Origin: Minisyncoccota bacterium
Lineage (GTDB): Bacteria > Patescibacteriota > Minisyncoccia > Phycocordibacterales > Phycocordibacteraceae
DNA: 64,000 bases
Direction of reading: 5' to 3'
Assembly: GCA_022842945.1 (NCBI GenBank)
Contig: JALHOO010000002.1
Coordinates: forward strand, 103,180-167,179
A program made the position numbers and the translations under genes. Below the pieces are notes generated by a model, which was not told where the DNA came from, ran no database searches, and worked only from the letters and a program-made list of their open reading frames with translations. Of this stretch, positions 47,427-56,900 are shown one piece after another; positions within the stretch are counted from its first letter, which is position 1; every line of letters starts with the position of its first letter.

Positions 47427-48516
47427 TTTAGATAAGAAAGAATTCTCTGAAGGAGTGCAGACGGTTGCACGCTTTGCAGAGCGACGGAGCGGTACGCTTC
47501 CAGTGCTCGCTGGTATCGCAATCATTGCAGGGGATGATGGCATCAAACTTCGGGCAACCAATCTCGAGACAGGTATTGATCTCAAGGTGGAGGGAACCAT
47601 AAAGAGCGACGGGGTTGTAGCGCTCCCCGCGAACACCCTTCGTGATATTGCCTCTTCTCTGTCAGGAACAGGCACTCTTACGCTCGAGCACACTGGCGAC
47701 ACGGTTCTCGTAAGCACCGGAAACGGGCGCAGTACGCTCAAGACCCTTCCGTTCGAGGATTTCCCTACACTTCCGCTTCCCGAGTCTCCACGAGCGAAAT
47801 TCGAGCTTCCAGGTGCACTTCTACGCTCTCTTGTTATGGCAGTCTCTCCCTATGCTTCCGTATCAACGGTGCGTCCTGAACTTGCTTCTGTTCTTATTAA
47901 GAGCGAAGGAAATATCCTTAAGGCTGTTGCGACAGATTCCTTCCGTCTTGCGGAGAAGAAGATATCGCTTTCAAGTGCGGTTGAGGAGTTCTCCATGCTT
48001 ATTCCCGCAAAGAATGCAGGAGATATTATGCAGACACTTCCAGACGAAACTATCTCCATCTCAGTTGATGAGCATCAGTGTGCCTTCTTCTGGAAGAAGG
48101 GCGTCCTTACAACCCGTCTCGTTACGGCAAACTATCCTGACTACACCCAGATTATCCCGAAGAGCTTTGTGTCTGAGGCAACAGTCCTCAAGAAAGACTT
48201 TGAGACAGCACTTCGCAGAACCGCTATCTTCTCCGATACGTTCCAGAAGGTACGTCTTGGGTTTGATGCAGGAGCTAAAGCAGTTGCGCTCTCTGCGCAG
48301 AATGCAGACGTGGGGGACTCAAACGAATCTATCCCTGCAGCAGTTACAGGTGACGCGGTTGATCTATCCTTCAACCATCGTTACCTCTCAGCTCCCATAG
48401 GAAGTATTGCAACGGAAAGCGTTACGCTATCTGCAAGCGGTATAGGACGGGCCATGGTTATGCGAGGAGCAGGGGACACATCATTCTTGTATCTCGTGAT
48501 GCCGATGAATCAGTAA
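47416..48516 (+). CDS. dnaN: DNA polymerase III beta clamp
   Basis: ATNLE, RPEL, VATDSFRL, YPDY, YLVMPM. Confidence 0.96.
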   Translation: MIITLDKKEFSEGVQTVARFAERRSGTLPVLAGIAIIAGDDGIKLRATNLETGIDLKVEGTIKSDGVVALPANTLRDIASSLSGTGTLTLEHTGDTVLVSTGNGRSTLKTLPFEDFPTLPLPESPRAKFELPGALLRSLVMAVSPYASVSTVRPELASVLIKSEGNILKAVATDSFRLAEKKISLSSAVEEFSMLIPAKNAGDIMQTLPDETISISVDEHQCAFFWKKGVLTTRLVTANYPDYTQIIPKSFVSEATVLKKDFETALRRTAIFSDTFQKVRLGFDAGAKAVALSAQNADVGDSNESIPAAVTGDAVDLSFNHRYLSAPIGSIATESVTLSASGIGRAMVMRGAGDTSFLYLVMPMNQ

Positions 48517-48571
48517 GGTTCGATTTCTAGTCTGATACAAGAAAGGCCACGATATCGTGGCCTTTCTGCTT

Positions 48572-50770
48572 TTAGATATTCTCCTCTCGTTCTCTCCTGC
48601 GCTCTTCTCTGTCCAGGTCGCGCTGTTCTCTATCAGTTAATTCTTCTTCCGGAACCGTTGGTGTGGTGGTGGCAGTGTTCTGCATTGCCCCTGTCCACAT
48701 CTGTATCGGTGTTTCCCAGTACGCGAGCTGAGGATCGCTATATGGATTCTGCGGAGGGGCCCCTTGAGGATTGTTCTTGTTTGTTAAGAGAAGGAGCGAG
48801 TGCCATATAACTTGTCCGCGAAGCACCGCAGGAGCACTCTCAGGAATAGGGGGCGGTTCGTTGAAGTATTCCTTCGGAAGCTTTGCAAGGGCTACATCCA
48901 TGAACTCCCGCCACATAGGCGCAACAATGTATCCCGCAATCTCCTTAACCATTGGCGAGTTGTCGTTGTTTCCAGCCCATATCGCAACGGCGATGGTTGG
49001 GGAGTAGCCAACGGTCCACGCGTCACGTGACTCGTTTGTAGTTCCAGTCTTTGCGGCAACATCGTAGTCGCTGAAGGCGAGCGGGTTAACAGGGTTGTAG
49101 GACGGAATACGTGCCTGGTTGTCCGACATAATGTCTGCCATCTGGCGGGCAACACCCTGGTCTATCGCTTGCTCTGGAGCTGGGGTGAACTTCTCAATAA
49201 CACGCCCGCGCATGTCGCGAATCTCAAGGATACCAGTAGGGGGATTGCGCACACCGTCGTTCGCGAACACGCCCATAGCACTTGCCATCTGCAGTGGGGT
49301 AACCTCAGCGGCGCCCAGCGCAAAGGAAAGGCCATAGTCCTTAGAGGTGCCGAGGGTTGTGATGCCCATACGAGTTGAGAGGTTAATCACATTGTCGACG
49401 CCCGCAAGGTAGAGCGCCTTAACTGCGGGGATGTTTATGGACTGTGCGAGCGCAGTACGGAACGTCATTGGTCCGCGGAAGGTGAGGTCGTAGTTCTGAG
49501 GCGCGTAGCAGGGAGGCGTGCTGTTGCTGGTATCTGTTGGAGAACACGCCGTTGAGAACTGTGTCGGGACGTCGAAGATAACCGTCTCTGAGGTGTATCC
49601 GCGCTCAAGTGCAGTTGCGTACACGAACGGCTTGAAGGCCGACCCTGGTTGGCGGGTTGCAACCGCTACGTTGTAGTTGCCGGGAATAACTTCGTCGAAG
49701 TAGTCACGAGACCCCACCATCGAAAGGATTTGCCCGGTCTTAGGATCAATAGCAACGAGTGCCGCATTCGATGCGTTGTAACGAGTCGCGTTTGAAAGGG
49801 CACCCTGCTTGATGATGGTCTGTGCAGCATTCTGAAGATCCGTATCAAGGGTGGTTATAACGGTAAGACCCTGTGTAACTACGTCAGCGCCGTACTTCTG
49901 CTCAAGCAGCTGCTCAATGTAGAACACAAAATGTGGCGCGATAATAGAGTTGTTCTGCTGACGACTAAAGACAACAACTTCTCTCTGTGCAGCAACCTTC
50001 TCTTCCTCAGTTATGAATCCAAGAAGTTCCATGCGCTCAAGCACATAGTTCTTGCGAGCATCAAGCTCCTCACGGTTGTTTCCGTATGGAGAGTAGTAGG
50101 TAGGAAGCTGGGGAATAGCGGCGAGGTACGCGGCCTCGGAAAGCGAGAGATCGTTTGCACTCTTTCCATAGAACGCGCGCGCCGCAACTTCGGCGCCGTA
50201 GAGTGTACCGCCGTATGGGGTTACGTTGAAGTAAAACTCAAGGATCTGCTCCTTTGAGTAACGGTGCTCAAGCTTCCAGGCCAGTACCCACTCTTGAAAC
50301 TTACGAATAGGAGTCTTATCTCCCGAAAGAATGGTGTTCTTCACCACCTGCTGGGTAATAGTAGAACCGCCCTGTGCGAGCGACATGGTCTGAATATCAA
50401 CCCAAATGGCGCGCGCAATAGCCTTGAGAGAGACACCGCTGTGGGTGTAGAACTCTGAGTCTTCAATAGCGATAGCGGCCTGCTGGAGATTTGGAGAAAT
50501 CTCTGCGAGCGTAACCACGTTGCGGCGTACATCATGGTTAAGGTCATACAGGACTGTCTTTCCTTCACGGTCGTAGATCTTCGTAGACTGCGCCACCTTC
50601 CTTGAATCAAAGGAGTTCAAGTCTGGAATCGGCGTGAGTGCTGCCCAGAGGACACCCACACCCGCGAGTAGCATGAGGCCTCCAATACCTATGAAGATAA
50701 CGCGGAGTATGGGGTGCGGATTCTCAATGTGAGAACGAAGGTCGATTTTCTTTCGGGGGCGTTTAGGCAT
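48572..50770 (-). CDS. Class A penicillin-binding protein
   Basis: EDSEFY, GGSTITQQ, RQPGSAFKP, SIN, KTGT. Confidence 0.95.
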   Translation of the reverse strand: MPKRPRKKIDLRSHIENPHPILRVIFIGIGGLMLLAGVGVLWAALTPIPDLNSFDSRKVAQSTKIYDREGKTVLYDLNHDVRRNVVTLAEISPNLQQAAIAIEDSEFYTHSGVSLKAIARAIWVDIQTMSLAQGGSTITQQVVKNTILSGDKTPIRKFQEWVLAWKLEHRYSKEQILEFYFNVTPYGGTLYGAEVAARAFYGKSANDLSLSEAAYLAAIPQLPTYYSPYGNNREELDARKNYVLERMELLGFITEEEKVAAQREVVVFSRQQNNSIIAPHFVFYIEQLLEQKYGADVVTQGLTVITTLDTDLQNAAQTIIKQGALSNATRYNASNAALVAIDPKTGQILSMVGSRDYFDEVIPGNYNVAVATRQPGSAFKPFVYATALERGYTSETVIFDVPTQFSTACSPTDTSNSTPPCYAPQNYDLTFRGPMTFRTALAQSINIPAVKALYLAGVDNVINLSTRMGITTLGTSKDYGLSFALGAAEVTPLQMASAMGVFANDGVRNPPTGILEIRDMRGRVIEKFTPAPEQAIDQGVARQMADIMSDNQARIPSYNPVNPLAFSDYDVAAKTGTTNESRDAWTVGYSPTIAVAIWAGNNDNSPMVKEIAGYIVAPMWREFMDVALAKLPKEYFNEPPPIPESAPAVLRGQVIWHSLLLLTNKNNPQGAPPQNPYSDPQLAYWETPIQMWTGAMQNTATTTPTVPEEELTDREQRDLDREERRREREENI

Positions 50771-50791
50771 GATGCGAGCATAATATCACGA

Positions 50792-50818
50792 AGAATGGCC
50801 CCGTTTCGGGGCCATTCT
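50792..50818 (-). terminator. Terminator after the acidic microprotein
   Basis: AGAATGGCCCCG-ttt-CGGGGCCATTCT. Confidence 0.65.
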
Positions 50819-50821
50819 GTA

Positions 50822-50947
50822 CTAGATTGCGTCGTCTTCGGACTCTTCGTCCTCGTCGAGCAAATCTTCTTCCTCATCCTCCTCAAGTGGGAGATCGGCC
50901 CCTTCGAGCTCGTCGTCCTCACCCAAGATTTCATCGTCCATGATCAT
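50822..50947 (-). CDS. Highly acidic microprotein (39-41 aa)
   Basis: (MI)MDDEILGEDDELEGADLPLEEDEEEDLLDEDEESEDDAI*; below the ORF-track cutoff. Confidence 0.7.
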   Translation of the reverse strand: MIMDDEILGEDDELEGADLPLEEDEEEDLLDEDEESEDDAI

Positions 50948-51035
50948 GGTACGGAAATTACGTTTATCATGCGTTCGCCTACGCGAAGCTTACGTAGTGT
51001 GTACAGAAGCCGGGAAGTTGGCAATGCCCCGGCAC

Positions 51036-51506
51036 TTACCCACGTGTGGACAGTGCACAAATAGCGAGAGCTATAGCATCAAGCTCATCATCAAGACGTT
51101 TCTTGGGCGGCAAAGATATAAGGCGAGGAACCATGCTTGCCACCGCCTTCTTATCAGCGTTCCCGTACCCCGTTACGGCGAGCTTCACCTGCTGTGGAGA
51201 GTGTTCAGACACCGAAAGTCCGGCCTCAGCTGCTGCAGACAATGCCGCGCCCCGAGCCTCAGCAACCCCCAAAGCACTTCGTTTGTTGTTGGTGCTCCAG
51301 AACAGGCTTTCAATAGCGACGCGATCTGGGGAGTGCTCCTGAATCGCCTCGGCAACAGCTTTATGCACAAATGCTAAACGGTCTTCAGTAGCTCCCTTTG
51401 GGGGGAGGGCACAATCGCTCCACACGTGCGTGGGGCGTGAGGGATCGCCCTCAAGGACCGCAAGGCCCATGCGATCGTATCCCGGATCAATAGCAAGGAT
51501 GCGCAT
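51036..51506 (-). CDS. ruvC: Holliday junction resolvase
   Basis: ILAIDPG, AIESLF, EARG, TGYGNADK, DDELDAIA. Confidence 0.95.
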   Translation of the reverse strand: MRILAIDPGYDRMGLAVLEGDPSRPTHVWSDCALPPKGATEDRLAFVHKAVAEAIQEHSPDRVAIESLFWSTNNKRSALGVAEARGAALSAAAEAGLSVSEHSPQQVKLAVTGYGNADKKAVASMVPRLISLPPKKRLDDELDAIALAICALSTRG

Positions 51507-52075
51507 TAGTCTGTCTCGTCGCTCTCACTCGTCTCGTACCCGCGGGCGTTGGTGTAGAAGCGTTGCACATCGTCATGCTCGTCGAGGAGTTCAAATATCT
51601 TTCCTAGAGATTCTTCGTCGCTTTCTGAAAGGTCCATAAGGGGTTCGTTTGGAGAGAAGCTCCCGTCCGGGGACTTCTTGAACGCCCACGCAGCTGAACC
51701 TTGTGCACCAAGTTCGAACCCATTCTTTGTTATAAGGTGCTTTATTTCCTGTGTGGTGCGGTTCGTGTTGTCCGTGAGGGCATCAATGATGATGGCGGTG
51801 CCACCCGGCCCGTACCACTCGTAGACTACCTGTATAAGGTCGGTTGCGTCTTTGGATGCGCCCTTTGTTACCGCTCTTTCAATACTGTCCTTGGGCATGT
51901 TAACTGCCTTCGCGCGACCGATAGCGGTTGCAAGGCCTGGGGAAGAGGTGTCGCCACCTGCTTTCTTAGATTCTTGAGCAATGAGCTTCGAGAAGCGGGC
52001 GAACGTCTTTGACTTAGCTGCATCAGCAACGCCCTTCTGTCTCTTTATTTGTGACCACTTACTGTGCCCTGACAT
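51506..52075 (-). CDS. yebC: YebC/PmpR family protein (short form)
   Basis: MSGHSKWSQIK, YGPGG, TDNTNRT, DDVQ. Confidence 0.93.
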   Translation of the reverse strand: MSGHSKWSQIKRQKGVADAAKSKTFARFSKLIAQESKKAGGDTSSPGLATAIGRAKAVNMPKDSIERAVTKGASKDATDLIQVVYEWYGPGGTAIIIDALTDNTNRTTQEIKHLITKNGFELGAQGSAAWAFKKSPDGSFSPNEPLMDLSESDEESLGKIFELLDEHDDVQRFYTNARGYETSESDETD

Positions 52076-52169
52076 ATGAGAACACTATAACAAAGTCCAA
52101 AGGGGCTCCGGGTATTTGTATTAGAAGATTGATGATATGCTCTGCTCGGATTAGGAGAAGGGGTACAAA

Positions 52170-52565
52170 ATGCTTAGTTTCCTTAACGGACTACTTGATC
52201 GAGGTGTGTCGTTACCACAAAAAAGACACAATCTTGGCGACCTTCGCTACGGGTCGTATTACCTCGGACGTTTTATCTCCGAGGTAGAAAAGATCGCTGA
52301 CGGACTCTCAGGGCTTGGTCAGCCCATTAGCGCGGTTTTCGTGAAGGATCGTGGACTGGTCGAATTCCGTCTTCCCGCAGGCGAGGTGTACGCGGAACTT
52401 CGCATGGAGGGTTGTTGTTGTGAAGAAACAGATGCATATGTCTCTCCTGGGAACCTTCCCGAGTATGCGGTGCGTCAATTCTTTGTTCTCAAGTCACGCG
52501 TTAAGGTCCATATTGCAGACCGAGACAGATGGCGTGAGTATGGCAGCAGAGGCTCGTTCGCGTAA
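52170..52565 (+). CDS. Hypothetical protein
   Basis: 131-aa ORF with upstream GGAG; fills the gap between yebC and ruvB. Confidence 0.5.
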   Translation: MLSFLNGLLDRGVSLPQKRHNLGDLRYGSYYLGRFISEVEKIADGLSGLGQPISAVFVKDRGLVEFRLPAGEVYAELRMEGCCCEETDAYVSPGNLPEYAVRQFFVLKSRVKVHIADRDRWREYGSRGSFA

Positions 52566-52596
52566 CAAGGAATCATAGGGTCGCCATTTGGCGGCC

Positions 52597-53580
52597 CTAT
52601 TTCTTTTCCAAATACTCTTTGCCTTTCTCGGTGAGCATACGTCCGCGCGGAGAGCGCTCAATGAACCCAAGGCGCATAAGATATGGCTCATACACGTTCT
52701 CAACGGTGTCCGGGTCTTCGTGCAGTGCTGAGGCAAGTGCGCGAACTCCGGCAGGTCCACCTTTGAAAGCGTCACGCAGTGTTGAAAGATACCGTCGGTC
52801 GTCTTTGGTGAGACCAAGAGCATCGATGCCAAATAGCTCGCACGCAAGATCCGCCACTTCTGCAGAGAGGGGCTTGTTCTCCACCTGAGAATAATCACGC
52901 ACACGTTTAAGAAGGGCGTTTGCAACGCGGGGTGTGGCGCGACTTCGAGAGGCAACACGCTCAACCACTTCGTCCGGTGTATCAAGCCCGAGTACGCCTG
53001 CTGAGCGGCGGATAATACTGCGGAGATCTTCGTCTGTATAGAAATCCAGCTGGTACACACCTCCTCCAAAGCGAGAACGAAGCGGGGAAGAGAGCTGGGC
53101 CATGCGCGTGGTTGCACCAACGAGCGTGAACGGAGGAAGAGCAAGCTCAACCGTGCGTGCGGACGGCCCCTTTCCGAGAATAATGTCCAAAGACCCGGAC
53201 TCAAGGGCAGGATAGAGAAGCTCCTCTACCTTAGAAGAGAGCTGGTGTATCTCGTCGATGAACAATACAGTCCCTGGCTCAAGGTTGGTGAGAATAGATG
53301 CGAGGTCAGCGGCGCGCTCGATAGCCACACCCGAGGTCGACTTCAAGGGAGCGTCCAAAGACGCGGCCACAAGGTGGGCCAACGTGGTCTTTCCGACACC
53401 CGGAGGTCCATAGAAAAGGATGTGCTCAGGCATGTCCCCGCGCATCTTCGCCGCCTCTAAAACGACGGAAACATTGGCTTTTACGTGACCTTGGCCTACA
53501 TAATCGTCCCACGTAGCGGGACGCAGGGCACTATCGAGGGCCTGATCACGGAGCTTCGGTATCTCGAGGGGACTTGACAT
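52597..53580 (-). CDS. ruvB: Holliday junction helicase RuvB
   Basis: LRP, GPPGVGKTT, FIDEIH, GATTR, EPYL. Confidence 0.97.
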   Translation of the reverse strand: MSSPLEIPKLRDQALDSALRPATWDDYVGQGHVKANVSVVLEAAKMRGDMPEHILFYGPPGVGKTTLAHLVAASLDAPLKSTSGVAIERAADLASILTNLEPGTVLFIDEIHQLSSKVEELLYPALESGSLDIILGKGPSARTVELALPPFTLVGATTRMAQLSSPLRSRFGGGVYQLDFYTDEDLRSIIRRSAGVLGLDTPDEVVERVASRSRATPRVANALLKRVRDYSQVENKPLSAEVADLACELFGIDALGLTKDDRRYLSTLRDAFKGGPAGVRALASALHEDPDTVENVYEPYLMRLGFIERSPRGRMLTEKGKEYLEKK

Positions 53581-53704
53581 AAAGTTGCACTATGCTACCA
53601 TTCTATCACACCGGCTCTTTCATTAGGGCCGATTCTCTTTTCAGATCGTTCATAGCACCCTCTAGGCAAGGCTTGACGGCTTCAGGGCGTTTCCCCAAGG
53701 ACCA

Positions 53705-53853
53705 TTTGGTACCGCGCTTGTTCGCGGCCCACTGGATGCATCCTCAGGCGACTCGTCCGCCTTTCCATTGCGGAAAGGAGTGCCTGGAGGGTACTGCGCA
53801 CGATCTGCAGAGAAGACGCAGGAACAAAACGCACGCTACGGCGTGCGTTTTGT
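53705..53853 (+). ncRNA. Candidate small structured RNA
   Basis: Nested stems and a terminator within the intergenic gap. Confidence 0.3.
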
Positions 53854-53891
53854 GTTATCAACCAACCCCAGAACCTGCTATCCTTATATCC

Positions 53892-54074
53892 ATGACGCCA
53901 GACCCCATACCTGAGCTATACGAAGAGACCGCAACGATGCTTTCAAAGGAGCATGCGGATGCGGCTGCAGAAATACGACAGGGAGCTATTGCCCTTCAGG
54001 AAGCAATTGCCGCACGCGGTGCGGGGGAGAAGCGCGCGTCGCTCCTTGCGCGCCTTTTTAATGGAAGCGTATGA
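53892..54074 (+). CDS. Small hypothetical protein
   Basis: TGCTATCCT 7 nt before ATG 53892; ATGA overlap with the next gene. Confidence 0.6.
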   Translation: MTPDPIPELYEETATMLSKEHADAAAEIRQGAIALQEAIAARGAGEKRASLLARLFNGSV

Positions 54075-54730
54075 GTTTTGAAGAAACACCATTCGATGCG
54101 TATGGCGGAGCTGATAAAGAATCAGTATCGAGTACTCTAACGCCAGAGAGTATCGAAGAGCATGCACAGACGCAGGAAACAATAATGAATGAGAGGGAGG
54201 CGGACCTTCTGCGAACGCTCGACACCATACAGCCTGAGACGCCAGATCAGGAGAGGATACTCGAAGCGCTCAAAGAGAGAACGCTCGCGTTGTCTGGACC
54301 CCGTCTTGATTTGAAGGTGGCAGCACAGACCGCCGCACTGTCTGTTGCGCTCGAAGGCATTCTCTCAGCAAATAGTATTGCGCCTGAAGGTGAGACATAT
54401 ACTGCACGGCTTCTCGCAAACAATCCTGAACTAACCGAGATGCTCATGCAGCGAATTCTTGGTGTTGCAGAAGGGGCACCGAAGTCGGTACTTATTGATA
54501 GTGCAAAAGAGGTACTAGCAGAAATGGAAGGATCAGACTCGAAGCTCTTTAAGGGACTTGCGCTACGTACTGCTGAGCGCGCTGCGCGAGCACTTATTAG
54601 TGCCAGCACGCTTGGTATAGGAACGGTTGTGTACGATTCTGCCAAAGACCTCTATATAAGCTTGCGCGAGAGAAGCGTGTCTCGCACGAAGCAGAGACTT
54701 ACGTCTTCAACTGCTATTCCGGCAGTCTAG
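54071..54730 (+). CDS. Hypothetical protein
   Basis: 219-aa helical ORF. Confidence 0.65.
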   Translation: MSFEETPFDAYGGADKESVSSTLTPESIEEHAQTQETIMNEREADLLRTLDTIQPETPDQERILEALKERTLALSGPRLDLKVAAQTAALSVALEGILSANSIAPEGETYTARLLANNPELTEMLMQRILGVAEGAPKSVLIDSAKEVLAEMEGSDSKLFKGLALRTAERAARALISASTLGIGTVVYDSAKDLYISLRERSVSRTKQRLTSSTAIPAV

Positions 54731-56400
54731 TCTCGCGGAAGATCAACAACCCTGAAGACCTCGTCGAGAGAAGTTTCTCCTGCAAGTGCCTTGAGTACAC
54801 CATCCTGCGCCATGGTTAGGAATCCTTGGCGACGTACATGCTTTGCGATGTCGCCCTCGCTTGGGTTCTCGCGTAGATAGTTTCCAAGTTCGTCATCCAT
54901 GAATATGGCTTCGTGTACGCCGGTGCGTCCTTTGTATCCGGTCTGTTCAGCGCTCTTCGGGTCAGGTACCCATACGGTGTCGAGAGAGCTAGGCATGAGG
55001 CTCGGGTCTGCGATGGTGGAGAGTACTTTCTGCATAAGTGCTTTTTGCTCTTCTGTAGCAGGCACCTGTTTCTTAGCTTCAGGGTCTAGGGTGCGCACCA
55101 GACGCTGTGCCATGGCAACGGATACCGCAGACGCAAAGGTCTTAGGGTCCACCCCAAGATCAACAAGGCGAGGGAAGGTTCCGGCGGCGTTGTTGGTGTG
55201 GAGTGTTGAGAACACAAAGTGTCCGGTGAGGGCGGCTTGAACCGCCGTCTCTGCAACTTCGCCGTCGCGCACTTCTCCAACCATGATTACGTCAGGGTCC
55301 TGGCGAAGTACCGACCGGAGACCAGAGGCGAATGTGTACTGCTTGCCGTCGGTCTGTGTCTGCACAATACCTGGGAGGTGGTACTCGATAGGGTCTTCGA
55401 TCGTAACAATCTTGATTTCAGGGGTATGAATATGACGCAGGAATGCGTACAGCGTCGTGGTCTTTCCGGAGCCCGTTGGTCCTGTAACCAGAAGCATGCC
55501 GGTGGGGCGTGCTATTTCCTTGGTAAGACGCTCAAGAAGATTTGCGCGGATACCAAGCTTTTCAAACGAGACGCCCAGTATAGAAGGGTCGAGGATACGC
55601 ATAACGAACGACTCGCCGTATGCGCCGGGAATAAGGGAGGTGCGAATCTCAACCTCAGAGTCGCCAACCGGCACCGTGAAGCGACCGTCCTGCGCGCGGT
55701 CCCTAACGTTGATTTTGAGTCCTGAAAGGAGCTTGATGCGAGAGGACAGGAGATTGTAGGTGTGTGCATCAAACGTGTACGCGTCTACCAGCTGGCCATC
55801 AAGACGAAGTCTCAGACGAATACCAACCTCTTCAGGCTCAAGGTGTATGTCAGACGCGCGCAGTGCAAAGGCAGTTGCAAGAACGAACTCAAGAACTCGA
55901 GAGACCTGTGCACGTGCTCCCGCGGTTAGTGTTTCGTCCAGCTGCGCACGAAGGCTTGCGAGGGAGGTTAGTTTCTCACGAAGCTCATGCAGCTCTTCTC
56001 CACGAATATCAAAAACTCCGGCCTTACTTTCACTTGCGAGTGAGAGCTCCATGTAGCGAGCATACGCGCGCTCAAGACTCTTTCGAGAGACCAGGAAACG
56101 ATTCAGGATAAACCCATTCGCCTCAAGTGCGTGTTCTACCTGCGCATACGGCACACTACTTGGGTTCCTAACGGCAATTGAGAGATGCTTCCCGCTCTTA
56201 TCAAATGCCACTACCTCAGCCTCTTTCGCTTCTTTCTCTGGGATGAGGCGAAGTGCATCCACGTTAATGGGCATGATGGTAAGGTCGGTGTAGGCGTAGC
56301 CGTACTTTTCTGAGAGTACGCGCGCCAGATCCTCTTCTTCTTGTGCGCGAACGCTATCGAGCTTCGCGTCTTCAGCGTCTGTATCAAACTGTGCGGGCAT
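54727..56400 (-). CDS. Second PilB/GspE-family ATPase
   Basis: GPTGSGKTTT, TIEDPIEY, LRQDPDVIMVGEVRD, STLHTN. Confidence 0.93.
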   Translation of the reverse strand: MPAQFDTDAEDAKLDSVRAQEEEDLARVLSEKYGYAYTDLTIMPINVDALRLIPEKEAKEAEVVAFDKSGKHLSIAVRNPSSVPYAQVEHALEANGFILNRFLVSRKSLERAYARYMELSLASESKAGVFDIRGEELHELREKLTSLASLRAQLDETLTAGARAQVSRVLEFVLATAFALRASDIHLEPEEVGIRLRLRLDGQLVDAYTFDAHTYNLLSSRIKLLSGLKINVRDRAQDGRFTVPVGDSEVEIRTSLIPGAYGESFVMRILDPSILGVSFEKLGIRANLLERLTKEIARPTGMLLVTGPTGSGKTTTLYAFLRHIHTPEIKIVTIEDPIEYHLPGIVQTQTDGKQYTFASGLRSVLRQDPDVIMVGEVRDGEVAETAVQAALTGHFVFSTLHTNNAAGTFPRLVDLGVDPKTFASAVSVAMAQRLVRTLDPEAKKQVPATEEQKALMQKVLSTIADPSLMPSSLDTVWVPDPKSAEQTGYKGRTGVHEAIFMDDELGNYLRENPSEGDIAKHVRRQGFLTMAQDGVLKALAGETSLDEVFRVVDLPRD

Positions 56401-56459
56401 GGTCTCTATACTACCGCGCCTCTAAGCGCGTTCCTACCGAGCTTGGTACAATTACTCCC

Positions 56460-56900
56460 ATGAGATCCGGGATAACCGTGGAGAGTCCAGAAGCGTTTGC
56501 TGCAGAGGCAGGTGCGTTCGCGCGGAGTCTCGTTCCAAAAGAGAGCGGAGCGACGTTGGTTACCCTCTCAGGAGACCTGGGTGCTGGCAAAACGACGTTT
56601 ACTCAAGGACTCGCGAAAGCGCTTGGCGTATCAGAACCCGTTACGAGCCCTACGTTTGTGCTTGCAAAGTCGTACCACCTTCCTGAAGGTCCTTTTAAAA
56701 AGCTCGTGCACATTGACGCGTACCGGTTAACAGAAGGGAAGGACCTTGCACCGCTGGCCTTTTCCGAAGTCATTGAAGATGCGGAAACTATCGTTATGCT
56801 CGAGTGGCCCGAAATTGTGGCGGACGCACTTCCCGCTATCGACGTCGCGGTGTCGATACTGATGCTTCCGGACGGCTCGCGTACTATTTCCTATGCCTAA
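56460..56900 (+). CDS. tsaE: tRNA t6A biosynthesis ATPase
   Basis: GDLGAGKTTF, VTSPTF, HIDAYRL, EW. Confidence 0.95.
   Translation: MRSGITVESPEAFAAEAGAFARSLVPKESGATLVTLSGDLGAGKTTFTQGLAKALGVSEPVTSPTFVLAKSYHLPEGPFKKLVHIDAYRLTEGKDLAPLAFSEVIEDAETIVMLEWPEIVADALPAIDVAVSILMLPDGSRTISYA

Noticed and set aside
53592-53891. N-terminal extension of the 160-aa ORF
   Set aside because: It crosses a terminator; a leaderless promoter supports a start at 53892.
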